A stretch of DNA of 41,525 nucleotides from Bigelowiella natans CCMP2755. Lineage: Eukaryota; Protista; Cercozoa. Positions 37,998 through 41,525 of the stretch are shown piece after piece. The stretch is from the NCBI GenBank assembly GCA_000320545.1, contig ADNK01001404.1, positions 1 through 41,525 on the forward strand. Reading direction: 5' to 3'. A model generated the notes under the pieces. It was not told the DNA's origin and made no database searches. It was given only the letters and a program-made list of their open reading frames with translations. Position numbers and translations under genes: made by a program. Each line of letters begins with the position of its first letter. Within the stretch, counting starts at the first letter, position 1.

Positions 37998-38874
37998 TAC
38001 CGCAGTACCTCAACGAGCTCTGGGTGTCCCTGCGTTCTAGTGTACTGGTTGTAGCCCAGCCGAATGGCCTGTTCCGCTGCCTTTGTCACGAATTCTGGGG
38101 GCTGCCAATCGGGATACCCCTGTCCTAGGTTCACCACGTCCGGTAATGAAGCCGCAAGGGAACCCATCTCCTGCCACACAGTTTGCTTCTTCTTCTTACC
38201 AAGCCGCCGCCCGACGGGGTTGGAGCCTGACACGAGGCTATCGATACTACCACTGGTACTAGTTTCTGAGGGGGCCGAGAACACGCGCCTGCACCTGCGC
38301 CTCCTGCGTCTCGTTATAGCGCCTTTAAATCCGACTCCGTTGCCAGTTGTCGGTAGAGGGAATGATGACCTCACTGATGTCCTCGATGGCCATGAAGGTG
38401 GTTCAGACACTGGTTCTACCACATTTATTGTCCTGTGCTGGAGAGTACGGCCCGGTGACGTGTAAGTCCTTTTCACAGTGAATAATAATTTTAGGAAAAA
38501 GCAGAAATTTGAATGAATGCAGGCTTGGGTTCCGGAGTTCATCAAGTTGGCTCGTTTCCACGGGTGTGACACTCTCCCCTCACCACCTCTCAAAGAGCAT
38601 CAACAACACTAGATAATAAAGTTTAAAAAATTTTCAAGTTCTACGTCAAGTAAAAAGTAGGTGTACGACACCCTCCAGACCACGTCGACGACCTTGTAAT
38701 CATTGCAGTAAGGTTGCTTTTCGAATGCCTCACGACGGTCGCCATTACCCAGGAAAACATAACCAGAGCCCCAAGAATCATCACACGGACTGTGATGCGT
38801 CTGTCCCGGTGAATCCTGGGATAGGTCGGGAAGGAGGGCTCTGAGTGGTAGAGGGGAGGCGAGTTGGAAGCCAT
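35040..38874 (-). CDS. Class I/II PLP-dependent aminotransferase (kynurenine/glutamine aminotransferase, YbdL-like) with a long N-terminal bipartite targeting leader
   Basis: Motifs VNLGQGYPD, YNQYTRTQGHPEL, EIAITVGCSQAL, LLEPFFELY, ILNTPHNPTGKVF, VISDEVY, SSAGKTFSITGWQ|VGW (PLP lysine), GGFFVMAD, IPGSPF and IRLAFCKSD. ATG 38874; stop TAG 35042-35040. Confidence 0.92.
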
Positions 38875-40080
38875 TGTTTCTGAAAAATACCGGGAGTCGA
38901 CCGGGGGATTTTCCCTCCAAAGGCCCTACTAATTACCCCTAAAATCTATCTTTTTCCATGACGCACCATCGAATTGTAGTCCTTTCATGTCGTCGCGTTA
39001 GGCCCCTATGTTTGCTCCTGCAACAAACAGATGCGACATCTATTTGGACGACAAAAGCGATGGATTTTCGATGGCTGTTGAGGATGCCAACGCGGGTGCT
39101 GACAAATCCTCGCAATGATTTTTGTTGACCTCGCCGTGGTAGCTTGAGGCACCTACCTTTGTGTAGTTTATGCTAGTCATTTATGCACATTGAATGTTGG
39201 TAATTTCAAAAAGTCATTGCATTGCATTGAGACGCTGCTGCATGCACACGCGCTTGTCTCCCGTGTGGTTCTTGCGCAAGTGTGGATTTGCATCAATGCT
39301 TTGTTTCATGTTCAATGTTCAATGAGGATGGCAAGCTGTTCGCGGTTGATGATGATTCACTCGTTTCTTGCATCCTTTCTTTCACTGAAACTTGTGGATG
39401 AGTGTCGGGATTTGAAGAGAACGGAAGAAACTGCAACTGCCTGACATGCTGCTGACCCGTGGACTCCAGGTGTGTGGCTGTTGGTGCAGCTGTTTGTGAC
39501 ACGTTGGGGATAGTGAACTGTTTGTGGTTGATGGGGCGGGTTGCAAGCTCACAATGTGGCAATGATTGGCGTTGGCACACTTTGAAGTCCAGCCAGGCAG
39601 TCACGTGCGTGGTCGTGCCAGCGTGTCACACACGAACACACACGAACGCCAACACAACCACTGCAACACCACACCAAAACAGCACGACACCGTGCTCTGG
39701 TGCTGGTGTGTGTGCTAGCGTTGCATCGCGCTTTGTTTCGGTGTGCTTTTGTTGCACATCGCGCGCAACCCGCTGCTGGATTTTTTCAGATTCACTCTGC
39801 TCTGGAGCTTGCACACACCCCAAATGTTTCCAGACTGCGCGCTCATCTAGCCATGCTGGCATGCATCACACCTCTGATCACAGTCTGAGATGGACACGAT
39901 GAAAAGATTGCATCGCGTCAAGATGTCGGCGCTGCTGGCAGCCGGGCATTCTTGTGTTGTAAGCATGCACGACAACAGGTGTAGCATTAGGTTACCAAAG
40001 ATTAGAAACTGGAGCAAATCAAATTCTCGTGCTAGTAGCTTGTACAGGTCGACGATTCTGCGGCAAGATTCACAATGAAT

Positions 40081-41191
40081 CTAAATGCTTCCCGAGAGAA
40101 GTTCCTTTTCAGCTTCCGCTCTACGTTTCAGGACGGATGAATTGTGCACTTTGCATTCGTGGGCGTTTTTCTGGGTCCAATCTTTCAAGATTTCATCGAA
40201 GTCGGGTCTATAATACTCCTATTACCAGGATCACACAAAAAAAGTTAATGGTCTACATTAGATGTCATTCTATAGGTTGCGAGCATGAAAAATCGGGAAA
40301 AGAAACTCGTAAGCATCGTCGTTGTTCGTTGAGTCTATCCTGATCTGTGTAACATGCCCATCATTTCATCATCATCAACGCAATGAGCAGGAATATCAAC
40401 AACAACAGCAACTACAACAGTTGTTGACCCTCTTCTTCCCTGCGACAAAGAGAGATCCATCATACTTCCATCCAAGTGGCAGAGGGGGGGTATGAATACT
40501 CTTGCTGCGAATTTTCCCCTTCAGCTCCTTTGACATCGACTCGATACTAACGGCGTGACGCAGCTCCCCAACCCCCTTTGATATGATCTGGGCGATCTTG
40601 CCTCGAAGTTCTCCATCGTCATCAGCATCTGGAGCGAGCATGAAGAGCACCTGCGCCCTCTCCCCTTTTGCAATAGTGTCAGCAGCGCTCACGACGTGAT
40701 ATTTCACCTGATTACACACAGAAAGCGCCTCAGTTAATTTTGTGAAAGACAGATTAAAAACCTGATACATGAGGCGCATTGATCATCACCCTATTGCCTC
40801 TCGAGTCGCTAGCTCCGGTCGCATCGTCTTTGCTTTCTCCCCCGCCTATTGTGAGATAGACCCGCTTCTCCTCCTCAGAGAGCGCGGCAAAGTAGCAGCG
40901 ATGTTTGCCGTATATTAGCTTGACGTGACTGTCCCCACCCTCTTGTCCTTGTCCTTTGCAGGATCGATCCTTCTCACCAGAGGTCTTTCTCGTCTCTTTT
41001 TCATCGCTATCTTTGTGAGCAACGGACGATTTGGTTGCGGCACGGCGGCAAATAAGGCTAATATCCAGAAGCTGATTATGTTGTAGTAAGCAGTAGTGTT
41101 TTAGTTGTGAGGGAAGGATGAGGCAAAGCAGCAGCAGCAAACAACGCTCTTCCTACGTTTCTTCATTGCTAATAATAAATTTAGCATATCA

Positions 41192-41255
<64 letters not shown>

Positions 41256-41430
41256 AGAGAGCTAAAGATATCTTTGACCTTGCCCTTGAGAGCTCGCATT
41301 AGTTCCTCGACCGCGCCCACCATCTGCTCAGAATAGAAATTTTTGCCACGGATACAGACAGATAGGGAATATGATGAGCCAAAAGAAGAGAGGGGAGGTA
41401 AAATATACATTAACAGTGATCATCACACAC

Positions 41431-41469
<39 letters not shown>

Positions 41470-41525
41470 CGTTTAAGTGAGGAAGTAAAATCCTACATCG
41501 GCGCGAAAGAAACTCGTATTATCCT
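40081..41525 (-). CDS. 3' portion of a probable DNAAF9/Shulin (C20orf194)-like protein; 5' part outside the window
   Basis: Exons give ...KSIHTPPLPLGWKYDGSLF... and a last exon PDFDEILKDWTQKNAHECKVHNSSVLKRRAEAEKELLSGSI, TAG 40083-40081. This resembles the remembered DNAAF9 C-terminus (PLP.G..Y.G..F...HP...F...Y....N......N). A gene is clearly present; the family call is moderate. Confidence 0.5.

Noticed and set aside
39293-40078. ORFs in the spacer between the aminotransferase and the DNAAF9-like gene
   Set aside because: No recognisable motifs or splice structure; open frames are expected in this TA-poor sequence.

Overview
Gene-dense, intron-rich eukaryotic nuclear DNA. Nearly every intron carries a microsatellite, which explains most of the junk ORFs in the track. 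Nine spliced genes were reconstructed by hand: (1) a coiled-coil protein with a UVR-like motif (-, runs off the left edge); (2) proteasome lid subunit RPN6/PSMD11; (3) a ~2,100-aa coiled-coil protein; (4) a 117-aa single-TM protein; (5) a TRF/TRFL-like telomere protein with a TRFH-like N-terminus and telobox Myb; (6) Beclin-1/ATG6; (7) a DUF3253-like protein; (8) a class I/II PLP aminotransferase with a bipartite targeting leader; (9) the 3' part of a DNAAF9/Shulin-like gene. The leader suggests an alga with a complex plastid, possibly a chlorarachniophyte (inference). Main discovery candidate: the DUF3253-like gene has an in-frame TGA (33278-33280) exactly where the family's conserved Cys lies (KTC-TGA-PSE vs KTICPSE), and the rest of the domain is intact across two more in-phase exons. 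It is a candidate selenoprotein with a vicinal Cys-Sec motif. Its 3' UTR is structured, but no canonical SECIS was found by eye. Second signal: the 12-bp palindrome CATGCTAGCATG occurs five times, only in spacers downstream of gene 3' ends. Family assignments come from remembered motifs, not database searches.
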